From the human T2T-CHM13v2.0 reference genome, Homo sapiens, in NCBI RefSeq assembly GCF_009914755.1, contig NC_060940.1: 64,000 nucleotides of DNA. One strand, 5' to 3'. Shown one piece after another: positions 42,710 to 58,329 of the stretch. How positions within the stretch are numbered: position 1 is the stretch's first letter; every line of letters starts with the position of its first letter. Under the pieces are notes generated by a model, which worked only from the letters and a program-made list of their open reading frames with translations, did not search any database and was not told the DNA's origin. The position numbers were made by a program, and so were the translations under genes.

Positions 42710-44490
42710 AATGGAGATATATTTCATACACCAAAAAATTCATCCTCTCAAAGTGTTCAAGTCAGTGATTTTTTTTTTATTTTTTATGGATACATATTTG
42801 TACATATTTGTGAGGCATGTGATTTTCTGATACATGCATACAATGTGTAATGATCAAATCAGGGTAATTAGGATATCCATCACCTCGAACATTTTTCATT
42901 CTTTGTTTTGGGAACATTTCAAATCTTCTCCTCTAGCTATTTTGAAATATACAATAAATTGTTGGCAACTGTAGCCACCCTACTGCACTATCAAACCCTA
43001 GAACTCATTCCTTCTACCTAATTCTGTTTGTACCCATTAACCAACCTCTCTTCACCCTACCTTCCACCCTTCCCAGCCTCTTGTAACCATCATTCTACCT
43101 CTACCTCCACGAGATCAACTTTTTTAGCTCTCACATATGAGTGAGAATATGTGATATTTGTCTTCTGTGCCTGGCTTGTTTCAATTCAGTGATTTTAGTA
43201 CATTCACAAAGCTGTAACCCCATCACCGTTATCTAACTTTAGAATATTTTCATCACCTCCAAAACAAATCCCATACCCATTAGAGGTCACTTCCCATACC
43301 CACTACCCTACAGCCCCTGGCAACCATTTATCCATTTTCTGTCCCTCTGGACTTTATTATTCTAAACCTTTCATATAAATGGAATCATACAATATGTGGC
43401 CTTTTGCATCTGATTTCTTTCCCTTAGTACAATATTTTTGAGGTTCCTCTATGCTGTAGCATTTATCAGTACTTTGGTGCTTTTTTATGGCTGAATAATA
43501 TTCTGTTACATGGCTAGACCACATTTTGTTTATTCATCAACTGATGAACACTTGTTTCCACTTTTTGGCTATTATAAATAATGTTGATATAAACATTCAT
43601 GTACAAGTTTTTGTGTGGACATATGTTTTAAGTTGTCTTGGATGTACACCTAGAAGTGGAATTGCTGGGTTCTATAATAGCTACATGATTTAACTTTTGT
43701 GGGAACTGCCAAACTGTTTTCCGAAGTGGCTGTGCCATTTTACATTCTCAATAGAAGTTTACGAGCGCTCCAGTTTCTTTGTATTTTCACCAACACTCAT
43801 TATTGTCCATCTTTTTTATTATAACTGTCCTATAACTGGCATAGGACTTGTATGCCAGGAAATGGGGATGAAGACCAAATATATATTTCACAGCATGTTT
43901 TCAGGCACTTATTTGTCATTTCTATATAATCTTTGGAAAAAATGTCTATTTAAATCCTTTGCTTATCTTTTTTTTTTATTTTTTTGACAGAGTCTCATTC
44001 TGTCACCCAGAGTGTAGTGGTGTAATCTTGGCTCACGGCAACCTCCATCTCCTGGGTTCAAGTGATTCTCCTGCCTCAGCCTCTTGAGTAGCTGGGATTA
44101 CAGGTGTGCACCAACACACCCAGCTAATTTTTGTAATTTTAGTAGAGATGGGGTTTCACCATGTTGGCCTGACTGGTCTTGAACTCTTGACCTCAAGTGA
44201 TCTGCCCACCTTGGCCTCCCAAATTGCTGGGATTAGAGGCGTGAGCCACCATGGCTGGCCCTTTGCTTATCTTTTAATTGAGTTGTTTCTGTTTTTATTG
44301 TTGAGTTGTAAGAGTTCTTTATATATACTGGATATTAGTCCCTTATCAGCTATAAATATTTACTCTCATTCTGTGGGTTGTCTTTTCGCTTTCTTTATAG
44401 TGTCATTTGAAGCACTAAAGTTTTTAGTTTTGATGAAGTCCAAGGTATCTGTTTTGTTTCCTTTGGTTGCATGTGCTTTTGGTGTCCCAT
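42710..44490 (-). mobile_element. Nested L1M fragments (L1MA inside L1MB-like) with an AluS (43968-44260, -)
   Basis: L1 3' UTR motifs; reverse ORF ...KTDTLDFIKTKNFSASNDTIKKAKRQPTE is an L1 ORF2 remnant. Confidence 0.82.
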
Positions 44491-45359
44491 TTGTCCAAGG
44501 GTTTTTAAGAGCCCCCTTTATTTTATTTATGTCCAAGACGATATGGAGTGACATTGCGATGGTAATGGCACATCTCTGTAGGAGTCACCTCTTTTTGGTT
44601 GTGCTGATCAGGGTTCCCAAAACGGTCTTAAGGGAGGACACAGAGGGGTTACACTATGGGTGCACAGCTGAGCAGCTGCTTCCAAGGGGTAGGTGGGAAA
44701 GCATTCAAGGAACAAATTGTGGGCTATGATGAGATCCAGTTGCAACGGTCTTTTATTTCATTTGAGAGGAGCAAGTACCTCCTATTTGCTTTAAAACATT
44801 CAAAGGATAGATAGACAGAGACAGATGTCAAGCTCTTCTCTGGGGGCTTTTTTGCATATTTGGCTGGTCTCTTGGCGTGCATTTGATTAAGGTTTAACCA
44901 ACTGACATCTTCTTCTCCATGGACAGCAGGCTTTGGGTGCGGAAGTGGCAGAAGGGCCTTCCCACTTGGCCCTTGCCTCTAGTCCTGCAGCAGACTGCTA
45001 ATCTTGGTGGCTCAGGGGTATCTCCTCTGTCCCGCTCTCTGCAGGGTAGACTGTCTGAGCCCTTGTGTCAGTGATAGGTTTTGCCTTCCTGATTCTAACA
45101 AAGCCCATCTGTAGGTCCTGGTGGATGTCACTCAGAGAATGACTCAGTCCTCACAGGGTCCTTTGGTGAACCTAGTCTGTCCCAGAGCAGGAAGGACCCA
45201 ATGGGAGCACTGACAGATCTTAGCACTCTGGAATTTGGGGGATTTCTGTCACATGTTCAGGGAAGTCATCTTGCTTTCCCCATTGGGCTAAGATCCCTGC
45301 ATTCTGACATTCTGATGTGTAGGGTTTAAAACCAGATGGTTGCTTTCTTCTATCTACGT

Positions 45360-45742
<383 letters not shown>

Positions 45743-46789
45743 TAAGGCCTTTGAAGAGGAAAGCCCTGGTGGTTTTTGAGTGAAGTCTTTAAGTCCATGG
45801 CCTTGTGGCTTGGCCAGTGGGACGTGCCATTGAGTAGATCTTAGAAAGAGGAGAGCTAAGCAGGGGTTGGCCGAGAAGGCACTTCGAATGGCGAAGGAGG
45901 CTTTGATGGATTTGCCGCCTAATGCGATGGATCTGTTATGCTCCCAAGCCTCACGCCCACATCCCTAGGATGGATCATGCAGTTGAAAAGTGAGAGATGA
46001 AACACCCTGCCTCCTTCTCATTTATTAGGACTTAGAGAAAATGAATCTGATCTGGTGCTCTCCGGGGTCAGCACTGGACTCATTCCTTTTTAGCTGGGAG
46101 ATGGTGGGTCTGGAAAGGTTAGCATCCATCTAGTTCCCCAAAGCTGTTAGCCAGCAAGCTCGGAGGCCCAGGAAGTAGGGCGGGGGAGGTTTTGGGGGAG
46201 GGGCTCAGGGAACCACAACATTAGGGAATGAAGTTTGCTGTTTGACCCTCCTGGCCATGAAGGTTAAGGGGCTCGTGACAACTGATGATTTCTCAAGGGC
46301 ATTTTGTTTGCAGATGGCTTTCTAGTGATTTAGGCAGGTTGTGAGTGGATCAATACTTTTCTTAGGAGTTCCTGAAATCCCTGGCTGCTTAATAGTTGCA
46401 CCTAAGCAGTTATTTCTAGCAATTGTGCCCAATGGTAGAAGAGCCACCTCGCTATTTGTAGCTGCCATCTGACAGCCTGCTATGTGACAGACACTACACT
46501 AGATGTTTTGTGAATTTGTATCATTAGTTTGTATCATTTTGTAGATGAGTCAACTGAAACTCAGAAGGATTAAGTCTCTTCAGCACTGTCCTATGATCAA
46601 ACTGCTCAAGCTGGAATAGGCCCCCTGCTTGTGAGCTTATATAGGGCACCCAAACCTGCTAAGCCTCCATTTCCTTATCAGTTAAATGAGATAAGACATG
46701 CTAAGTCCTTGGCCCCATGCCTGGCATAGAGTCAGCACTCAATAAATGGCAGCTAAGGTGCAGTGCAGACCCCCTGAGTCTGCTCACTT

Positions 46790-47160
46790 GCTTTCTTTCT
46801 CTTTTCTCTTTTCTTTTCTTTTTTCTTTTCTTTTTTTCCTTTCTTTTCTTTTCTTTTCTTTTTTTCTTTTCTTTCTTTGATATAAGGTCTTGCTTTGTCA
46901 CCCAGGCTGGAGTACAGTGGTGCAATCACAGCTCACTGCAGCCCTGAACTCCTGGACTCAAGCCGCCCTCCTGCCTCACCCTCCCGAGTAGCTGGGACCA
47001 CAGATATGCACCACCACGCCTGGCTAATTTTTTCTCTTTTTATAGAGACAGGGTCTCTTTATATTGTCCAGGTCAGTCTCAAACTCCTGGGCTCAAGTGA
47101 TCCTCCCGCCTCAACCTCCCAAAGTGTTGGGATTATAGGCGTGAACCACTGCACCCAGCT
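46790..47160 (-). mobile_element. AluJ with a (CTTTT)n tail
   Basis: Pyrimidine tract 46790-46878 plus dimer. Confidence 0.88.
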
Positions 47161-48023
47161 AGAGTCTGTGTTCTTTTCGTAATATCACAGGAACCTTGAG
47201 ATAAGAAGGAAGATGTGTGGTTGGATTTTGCAAATGTGTATACTTCTAAGTCACACTCAACCAGAAATACACAACACTAAGCCACTGACCTGCTCAGCAG
47301 AACACAGCGTGCCCAGGCTCTAGATCCAGGCCAGGCACCCATCCTGGGCCCACCACTCCCCAGCTGTGTGACCTTGGCAAATTAAAGAACCATCCTGTGT
47401 CTCTGATGCTTTATCTATAAAATGAAGATAATAACAGTACCTACCTCATAGATTGCTGAGAAGATTAAATGAGTTAATATACAGAAACGCTCAATGAACG
47501 TTAGCTGTTATTTTTACCATACTTTCACAGGCAGGGAATGGAATCACAGCCATTTGCTGTGCCAGATTTCTGGTAAGTCAATGGTTAAGTTCATGGGGGT
47601 ATAAGCTGCTGCTTCAAGGCTACAGAGTAGACATCGGGAAGAAGCTTCTGATATTGCTGGATGTTAAACACAGGAATAAATAAAGAAAGGAAACTGAATA
47701 TCTTAGAAAGAGGGGAGCAGGTGTGAGGCAGTAGAGGAAATTGTTGGATGGAGTCAGAAGACCTGAGTTCCTGTCCAGGCTCTGCCACTAGCTAACTGGG
47801 GTCAGGGGGAGGAGGTCTTGGCTGGGTATAAACTCCTTGGGAATTAATTCTTTCATCCATAAAATGAGAAAGTTAAAGTGAATCCATTTGTTTGGACATT
47901 TATTCAACAAATATTTATCAATCACCAATGTTCCAGGCACTGGGGATACATTAGAGAAGACTTCTCTCCTGGGGCTAACCTTCCTGTATAGCATGTAAGG
48001 CGAGGACAGAAAGCAAGTAGACT

Positions 48024-48350
48024 AGGCACAGTGGCTCACGCCGGTAATCCCTGCACTTCAAGAGGCCGAGGCAGTTAGATTTCTTGAGCCCAGGAGTTCG
48101 AGACCAGCCTGGGCAACATAGTGAAACCCCAGCTCTACCAAAAATACAAAAAACAAAAAAAATTAGCGGGGCATAGTGGCACACACCTACAGTCCCAGCT
48201 ACTCAGGAGGCTGAGGTAGGAGGGTCACCTGAGCCTGGGGAGATTGAGGCTGCAGTGACCTGTGATTGAGCCACAGCACTCCAGCCTGGGTGACAGAGCA
48301 AGACTCTGTCAAAAAAAAAAAAAAAAAGAAAAAAAAGAAAAGAAAAGAAA
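48024..48350 (+). mobile_element. AluJ inside an L2 remnant
   Basis: Dimer with A-tail. Confidence 0.88.
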
Positions 48351-49210
48351 GCAAATAGACCACCAAACAAGATAATTATAAATGGTGATAAGTGCCTCTA
48401 ATGCACTAAAATAGAGAGTTGGAGGAGGGGGGGTTGGCAGGGGTGGCCTCCTGGAGGAGGTGGTGTTTATATTGATCCTAGAAAAATGGCCAGATCTGAG
48501 GAAGAACATTCTAGGCAGAGACTTGGGGGTGGCAAAAGAATCGGCGTGTTAGGGGAAGAGAAAGGAGGCCTGGGTGGTAGAGACTAGTGAGCGTGGCGGG
48601 GAGAAGTGCAAGCTGCAGAGACGAGTTGTGCAGAAGAGCTTGGTCAATGGAGGCCGTGCACAGGGCGAGGGGCTATTTTTCTCTTAACAACTATGGGGAG
48701 TCTTGGGGGCTTAAGCTGGGGAGTAGCATCATCAGATTTTCCCTGTTTGAAACCCAGTCCAGCTGCTGAGTAGAGAAAAGATCGGAGAGCAGCAGGAAGG
48801 TAAACTCAGAGCAGAGTACGGGAGTGGTTCAGGAGCTGGTGGGGACAGCAGGGATGGGAAAGTGGATGGATTCAGATGGAGTTTGGTGGTAGGATGGAAG
48901 GATGGTCTAGATTGGTGTGGAAGCTGAAGGAAAGAAGGTGTGAGGGATGAGCCCCCACTGTGGGGCCCAAATTCTTGATTTGATTAGGTTCTGCTGCAGT
49001 AACAAACACCCTGAGTAGCTTGTAACACAAAGCTTCATTTCTCGCTGAGATCACATGTCAGCTACAGTTTGCTGTGGGCTGCATGTGGCATCTGCTCCAC
49101 GTCTTTTTCATTCCAGGATCCAGCCTGAAGGAGCAGCTTCTATTCTGGATAGACTGAAAGACAGGAAGAGAACCGGCAGAAACATGCAATGGCTCTGAAA
49201 GCTTCTGCCA

Positions 49211-49685
49211 GCTGGGCATGATGGCTCGTACCAGTAATCCCAGCACTTTGGGAGGCCAAAGTGGGAAGATTACTTGAGCCCAGGAGTTTGAGAACAGCCT
49301 GAGTGACATAGCAGGACCCCGTCTCTACCAAAAGAAGAAGAATAATAATAAATTAGCCTGGCTTAGTGGTGCATGCCTGCAGTCCCAGCTACTTGGGAGG
49401 TTGAGATGAGGGTATTGCTTGAGTCCAGGAGTTCAAACCTGCAGTGAGCTATGATCGTGCCACTGCACTCCAGCCTGGGCAACAGAGTGAGACAAAAAAA
49501 AAGATGAAAGAAAGAAAAAAAGGAAGAAAGAAGAAAGAAAGAAAGGAAGAAAGAGAAGAAGGAAGAAGCAGGAAAGAAAAAAGAGAAGAAAGAAATAAAG
49601 AAGAAGGAAGGAAGGAGGAAAGAAAGAAAGAAAGAAGAAAGAAAGAAAGAGAAGAAAGAAAGAAGGAAGGAAGGAAGAAAAAGAA
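49211..49685 (+). mobile_element. AluJ with a ~190 bp GAAA/GGAA tail, inserted in an MLT1 LTR (about 48980-49875)
   Basis: TSD aaagcttctgcca at 49198-49210 and 49686-49698. Confidence 0.85.
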
Positions 49686-51444
49686 AAAGCTTCTGCCAAC
49701 ATCATGTCCACTCATATGCCTTTGGTTAAAGCAAAGGCCAAGCCCAATGTCAAGGGGAAGGACTGCAAACTCTTCCCGCAGGATGCATGGCAAGTCGCAG
49801 GGCAGTGAGCAGAGACGTGGGATCCTCCTACAGGGAGGGCAGTGATTATTTAGGAGCAGCAACAAAATTTACCACAGGGCCCGGGCCACCAAGTGAACAG
49901 CGGTAGGGGAAGGGGCTTCATACAGGGCTAATACGGACCTGGGTGGAAGGTAGAGAGAGGAGGTTTGGAGCAAAAAGTATGGGGACAATGTCCATGTCCG
50001 TAATCATCCCTTCACCTTTTGTCATCTGAGTTCCCAGCAGGGTTTGGATCAAATGTTAATTGAATGTGTCAGGCCTGGGCCGGCCTGAGAACAGCATGCC
50101 CCAGAGGGGGCGATCCTATGTGGTTAAACTGTTTCAGAGAACACACACCAGGTGTTCTAGAGACCAGAGGGCGTCCGGGTTAACTTCCCTCAAGAAAAAG
50201 GCAGTTAACCCAAGCCCTTCTGTTTTGTCCATCCACTCATTTCAGTCGAACCACCGAGTTCTTGGCAGGAGAAGAGGGGCCCCCTTCTTTGTTTTCTCTT
50301 CTCGACTCCAGGCTCAGGATCTCAAGGGCCTCTGGGAAGGTCAAGCGCTAGTCCCCTACTTTCCTTTTCAGAGATCAAAAAATGGTTCCCTGATTGAACA
50401 ATGGCCTGGCCATCTGCGAGATGTTAACTGCATAATGGAATGTAACTTGAAGGGCTTTTGAAAACACGAAGAGAGATTTTATTGTAACTAATCGTGATGG
50501 ATGGTGAGTGTGGTCACACTAGGAACATAAATCTTGGTGCCAAGCCTGGGACTGAAAAAGCCAACTAACTCCGGAGTTCAGAGAGCCTTGTCCTCAGTCA
50601 CGGGCATGTCACATGTTAAAGGTTCTGAGACCTCATCCGGGGTGAGGGGGGGTAGATGCCCTCGCTTTTGGTGGCCTTTGCCTGGCCGGTTCTCGGCTTC
50701 TCCACCTGTGAAGTCACTCTGGCTGCCCTTGCTTGAGGGATAGGCTGCCTGGTGCACCCCCTCTCAGCTCCCATGAGTGGACAGGGAGTCAGGCTCCCTG
50801 GGAAGGAGCTGGATAGAGCTGTGGAAGCTCCGAATCCTCTTCCATTTACTAAAAGAGAAGAATGAGTCAAAGATTAGGGCATGCTCTTAGCAGAAAAGTT
50901 CATATGTAATAGCTGCTCCTATTAGCGAAGTTCACTCTTTTAGAACCATCTCAGCTCCCATGAACATGGCCAGGACTCTTCCTTCATAAAGTTTGTCAAT
51001 TAATCAGGTCAAGGTTTTGTGGCTTTTGGTGAAGAGCAAGAACACAGGACCTGGACTTGGAGGTTCTGAACCTGTTTTCCCCTCCATAATCTGTTAAATG
51101 GGTATAATAATACTTAGGTTACCTAATTAAAAGGGTTTGTGTGAGGAGCATATGAGATGTATGTCTGAAAGTGTTTTGTAAAACATTAGAATATATTATT
51201 TTTGTTCAATTTGAATTTGGAAAACAACTCAAAAAATATCCTCAGATATCACTGTTATTTTTTTTTTCCTGAAAAAACATAGAGCAACAAAACACAACAA
51301 AACAAAAATGCCAAAAAGGAGATGGGAATACTGGATTAGCCTCTTTTTCAAAATGGAGAATGTGGCTTGGCTTCCAATTCCCACCTCCTACCTCCAACTT
51401 TTAAAGAAAAAATTTCTGAAACTCAGCACTTTGGAATCTGATAA

Positions 51445-51783
51445 TGCTATGGTCTTAAAGTTTGTGTCCTGCCCCTCCCCATCAAATTCATACATTGAAA
51501 ACCTAATCACCAAGGTGAGCTTTGGGAGGTGACTAAATCATGGGGACCACCCTCCTGAATGGGATTTGTCTCCTTATAATAGAGGCCGCAGAGAGGTGCC
51601 TTGACCCTCCACCCTGTGAGGACTGTATTAGAAGGCCCTGTCTATGAGGAAATGAACTCTTTACCCGATGCCGAATCCGTGTTCATCTTGGACTTCCCAG
51701 CCTCCAGAGCTGTGAGAAACAAATGTCTCTTGTTTATATGATTATGGCATTTTTGTGACAGCAACCGGAATGGACGAAGACAG
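51445..51783 (+). mobile_element. MLT1A-like solo LTR
   Basis: tgctatggtctt...cttggacttcccagcctccagagctgtgagaaacaaatgtct...aagaca. Confidence 0.78.
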
Positions 51784-52539
51784 AGAATATTTTGCATTTT
51801 TCCTATGGAGACTGTGGCAAATCTTGCTCTGAAAAAAATACTCTTTCTAGATAACTTTTCTGTGGGTCTTTGCCACATGATGTTCTAATTTGTATAACAC
51901 TGTGCTGAGACTAGGCCAGCACTTTCTGATGCTGAGTAATGCACCATCTTCAGGGCAAGGGACCAGTGTCCAGGGGCCACAGAAAGCATCGCAGACCAGG
52001 AAGAGCACATGGCTTTCACCCAGGTGACTGTTCCCATCCACTGGTAGTAGCTGGCTTGTCATCTGGAAGAGCCGGGATCAAAGCCAAAGAGGATTATGCC
52101 TGAGCACCCTATGAGCTGCCCAGGCCATCTGCATACTAAGCCCTGCTCTTCTGGGATTGGGGGTTCTCCTTGAATTTCCAGATCCTTCTCAGGGCTCCTC
52201 TACGTCTGGCATTGAAAATGGCCTCTTTGTCACTCCTTGGATTATTTTTCATTTTTATTTCTTCAGCTTCCAGAAGTACTTTAAAATTTGGGATCCATTA
52301 GTTGTAGTCTTTTAAGTCTTCTAGAATAGTTACAGACTGTATTTTATTCTTAGAAGCCTTTTCTATGTAATTTTGAAAATTAGGAGGAGATAACTGTCGG
52401 ACTCAATTCTCCATGTTAAAACCACCTCTCTGGAGTTATATAGTTCTTTCTGAATGTATTAAGGTCATCCTTAGAACGTAAAAGATAATTTTTTGGGTAA
52501 ATATTCTATGAATAATTTTTAAAATATAATCTTTCTATG

Positions 52540-52760
52540 GGATACAATTTGATACATAAATATTATTATATTGTTACCTAATATAATAGCATATTATTAT
52601 ATAACAAATTATATATTATATATATACAAATTATATATTATAACATATATGATCACAAATATATACATTTTATGATCACATATTATATATAATAGCATAT
52701 TATTATATAATATGATATTATATATAATATATATTAACATATGACCTTATATTATCCAAA
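52540..52760. repeat. AT-rich low-complexity tract
   Basis: Read directly. Confidence 0.85.
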
Positions 52761-54155
52761 TAGTCTATATTCTTATTCTTGAATCCTTTTGTTTTAGGGT
52801 TATCTACCTAAATAGCATTTTTTTTACTTTATTTGAGAATCTCTGAATTTAATAGGGTTAACTCATTTGTATGGGTTTGTATTTAATAGTTAATCCATAT
52901 ATTGTGACAGTAATGTTTGGTTTTCTAATGTTTTGTTTTGGTTTTTAGGTTTATTTGATTTCCCTTCATTCCTTTTTAAAAAATATGAACTATGTTTTCT
53001 TCCTTCCTTTTATTAAAAAATAATTTAGAGGGACAGACCCCATTTTTGTTCTGCTAACGACAACACAGTTTTTCACATGTGTCTTTGATCATTTTTCTCT
53101 ATCACTGTAAATCAGTATCTATCAAACTTTCCCATGTGTATAATGGAAAATGTCTTGAATTTGTATTTTACCTTATTAAATTGGTTTTCTGCAGTCTCCA
53201 ACCTGCTGTTCATATGAGGGTTTTTAATTAATCAATTGTGTTTTCTCTCCATTCACTCTCCCCTTATCTCGGATGGTTTCTTTCTTACCCTGCTTGCTCT
53301 AGTTTCTGGATTCAATGTCTTCTTGAATATTGTTGAAAAGGCAAATCAGAAGTTTCCTAAGGCTGTGTCTATTTCCTGCTGTAAGTCTGTATGGCAAGAG
53401 AATGTTTTCTACTGCCCATCAGGCGACCTCCTTCTGCAGACCTGCAGGCCCTCCTAAGGTGTAGGGAGTTTTTTATGTCCGTGCAGCAGGAGCCCTGGCT
53501 CTTCCTGCCATCTCCCTCCGAGCAAGGACAGTCCTATGGGCTTTTGTCAAGGTCTTCTCCATTTGCTTCCTGGGTAGGCTGCTCTGAAATTGACAGTGAT
53601 CGTGACCTGCTCTTCTGCACCCCTCTCTGCCACGCTAAGATCACTCCTAAGAAGAGCAGTGGTATTTGACTGATAGGATGACAATAACCAATCCTTACTG
53701 GGTTTTCATTGCCTTGTGGGAGACACAAAATAAAACCACATAATGTCACTCAATCAATGTTGGGCCTGTCCCTAGATTATAGGTAGTCTCTGATCTCATA
53801 CAAAAATACTAATAACCAATTTCTTTCCATGAAAAATTTGATCTTTTAAAAAAAAGTACATTAATAGATACAGCAACTCCTGTTCTTGCAACTGATCCAT
53901 CAGCAATAATTGCGGCTGTGTACAGTTGGTCTGTGATGCTGAAGGCAGAGTTGTCTTACATTAACATAAAACTGTATATAGACAAGGGGCCTAAAAATGA
54001 AGGATTGATTGATTGATCGATTGATCAACTAAGGCCTTTTCTTGCAGCCCTTAAAAATAATGTAGGAATATTTAATGATGTGGTGATAGTTTCATTGTTT
54101 AGCAAATAGAGTCGCAAATCCTTGTTTGATCCCATTTAAAAAAAATAATATTCAT

Positions 54156-54631
<476 letters not shown>

Positions 54632-55041
54632 TTATAGAGATTTAGACATTTTCCTTTATTTTAGTTTTCTGAATTTGCCTACATTACCTTCAATACATAT
54701 GTAGTACTTTAATAGTAAGAAAAAAGTGGTAATTTTTGAAGAAGCAGTTCATTGGAGGAATTCTGGAAACCGTTATAGACATTATCTCCTTATTACATGA
54801 TTTTCCTATTGTTTTATTTTTCAAGTAACAAAATGAGAAAAAGCTGGATATTCTGGACACGCTATTGACGAGAAATCATATTAATATTCATTTTTATAAT
54901 CCTGTTACATTGGAAGGTTCTGAAATAACTTCTGAATTACAAAAAAGAGGTGTAATTCTCTTCTGTGTATGTGCATTTAAATTTAAATTTAAATTACATT
55001 TATAAACTCATGGAATTCTTGAACTTTGGAGGATCTTAGAG

Positions 55042-55230
55042 GCAGCGGTCAGCTGGGGCTGGTTCAAGGTGGCTTGAGGCATCTCCTCCCAACTATGCAC
55101 TGAGTAATGTCAGATCGGTAGCTTGAAATCAGTTACAGTCACAGTATTTACACCACGGCAATCGGCAGATGCTACAAATTAGGACTCCCCTCTCTGGAGC
55201 TGGTTCCTAAACATTTACCAGCACACCATT
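55042..55230. mobile_element. MER63-like hAT element
   Basis: ggtagcttgaaatc...gtatttacaccacgg...taaacatttaccagcacacca. Confidence 0.65.
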
Positions 55231-57855
55231 ACTTTAGGGGTGATCTAAACCATGAAGAAACTGGGGCTGGGGGAAATGAAGTGATCTGCCCAAGGTCACT
55301 TGACAGCTAGGGGACAGAGCTGGCTTGACAGTCAGGCCTCCCTACACATTCCAGCTTCCAAGGGCTCTGCTAAAAACAGCACAACTCAATTTTTGCCAGT
55401 GCTGAAGACAAGTGTGTTTATTGCTTTTAGGAGGAGGGAAAACTTCACTTCTCAAGTCTCAAGAAAAATGAGCAGGGTGCTCATAACCATTATTTTGTTT
55501 TATGTGAGTTCACAGAGAGACAGAGCGATAAGTAAAGACAATTAATCTACATGTGAAACTAAGCATTTCCCAGATAATTGTTTTTTTTATAGCTTAAATC
55601 CCTGTATTAGACAACACAATATTCTTAGCGTTTGTGCAATGATTTGTTAATTAAATTGCTGCTAAAACAATCTTTATTTTTCACCTTAAAATCAGCAGAA
55701 TATCAATCTACAATCAATACAGTGTTGCCTGGAGGCATCTCTTGCTTCAAATTTGCTTCACAAATCTGCTGCAGGTAATTTATACCCAGTCAATAAGACA
55801 TGTTTCAAAAGCCACTTTTCCCTCCCAACAGGCAACCCTGGTCTAATTTACAATTGGACAAGAACTGGCAAACTATACACACCTGAGTTAAATGTAATTT
55901 GTAATAGGATTTTTTTTTTTTTAAAGCAGTAGTGAAAGATTTGATTTCGTCTGTTCGGTATGCAAGTAATCTTTGGCTATTTCCAGGATGATAACCAGAA
56001 AACATAAATTGCTTTGTTTCCCTTTCAGGCATAATTTTTTGTTGTTGTTGTTTAGGTGGGGAGTCAGGGGGAGAACTTCAGGGACACGGAATGTAATGAT
56101 TGCTGTCTGCGGTACACGTTTTCAGAGTCCACGGGTAATAAGTGGAAAAGACATCATGATTGTTTAGGTTTTTGTTTTAAGGAAAGGAATTTTTTAATTC
56201 CAAGGCAGTTCTCTCCCTTGTTCCTTTATATTTTAGAAGCAGCAAGAGCTGTCAAGTTTCAGCTGAATGAATGACTTACAAATTAATCCCAGGGCTTGAA
56301 ATCTCAACAAAGGCTGAAGTCTATAATTAGTGTTAGAAACTGCAATTAACTTATTAGGAAGCCCCGTGCAGTTTGGGTACCTCGTCCCCCACGGGTGGGT
56401 ACCATCATTAGAGACATTCTCCAGGAAGTGGGTCTCTTAGGTCTCACCCCTCCATTTCATTCTGCCAGCTGCCAATTTGATTGGTTAAGTAGTTTGAAGT
56501 GCTCAATCCTCTCCTTTTCTTTTGGATTGATGTGTTTATTACTTTTTGTGACAGTGGCTCCCAAGGCAGATGTTCAATAAAGAAAAGAAAAAAATCTGAT
56601 ACAGACCCAAGTCAAGAGAGAAGCAGTGGAGATTGCAGAAAATTGGGAAAGTTATCATAAGCATGGAGCTGTTATTGGAGATTTTGCTTCCAGCGTTTGT
56701 AGCAGTTGTGTTATTTACTCTTCAGCAGACGCAAACCTAGTGGGGAATTATTGAAAGCCGAGTTTCCTGCGTTTTAAATTGCACTCGTTTTGTGCACATC
56801 GTGGCAGCAGCTCATCAAAGGGAGGGCTAAATTGAAGCTCGGAGAAACAGGAGCTGTTCAGCCTCCGTCTCTCCCTCTTTTTCCAGAATGAGAGGAATGG
56901 ACTTAGCTGCTTGATGATTAGGTGGTGTCTATTTGGTGGCATCGGGGAGCAGGGTCGCATTTGGACATGACTGAATATGGAACACTGTCTTTGGGGTTCT
57001 CTGGGAGCTCCTGACTCCTCACTCCCCGCCCACCTTTGTGGCTTTGCCGGGCCCCGGTGCTCGGTTCTGCTGGCTCCTCTCCTGCTTGTCCTCTGTCCCC
57101 ACGGCCCTGGACGTCTGCTGCTTTGCTGGGGACCTGGAGACAAACCCGTGCAACTCGACTTCCTCTGGAGCATCTCCTCTGTCTTTTCACACCTTTGTCT
57201 TTTCCACCCCTGATGTAACCAAAATGCCTTGACTCGGGTACCTTCTAGAGGCAGGGCCTTCAATCGGCAATGGGCTTCAAGACGTCCAGGTATCCAAAAC
57301 CTCCAGATTTCATGTCTGGGCAGCTTCTCCTCAAGTCACCCCAAAGGCCATTTATATCAGGTTTATGCTCCTTCTATTTCCCTTTAGTGTCCTTCAGCAC
57401 AATGGATGAAGCTCTTGAATCTATTAAACTACTCTACCGTAGAACAAGACCACCTCAAGCTGCTGGTTAACTGCATTTCAGAATTTTAGATCCAAATACA
57501 CTTGCAGAGCAGTTCTTTTTCTTGACATTTCTTGAAGTATGTTCATTGACTGAAGCTTTGAGAAAGCCCAAAGTAAGAAAACTGACTTAATTTTGGCTTT
57601 TGTCTGGTGTTTCCCAAGCATATCTGGCCATGTAAACCATCATTCTATGTAGATGCATTGAATATACTATGCGGCAGGCCTCGTGCTAGGATCTGGGAAA
57701 ACAAGGTGTAAAAGAAAGATGTAACTCCTTCCTTCTCTTAAAGAACTCTTTCTACTGCCCCCAAGATATTGATTTATGTGAACCCAGTGTTCCTTCGAGC
57801 CCACTTTGAGAAACAGTTACTTAAGTCAAAGGAGTGGCTTTAATGGCACCTTTAA

Positions 57856-58329
<474 letters not shown>

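Noticed and set aside
44106-44729. Longest ORF in the track (207 aa)
   Set aside because: Made of antisense Alu and antisense L1 sequence; non-ATG start.
46178-46210. G-quadruplex-capable G-runs (also about 27737-27756 and 48421-48447)
   Set aside because: Common genome-wide, with no linked feature to suggest function.
49433-49865. K/E/R-rich and F/S/L-rich ORFs (also 35806, 46701, 61249-61685, 62368-62846)
   Set aside because: Translations of purine tracts and CA microsatellites.
56748-57263. 171-aa minus-strand ORF in a GC-richer unique patch
   Set aside because: Non-ATG start, no recognisable domain or splice support, and several overlapping frames are open, as expected for GC-rich DNA.
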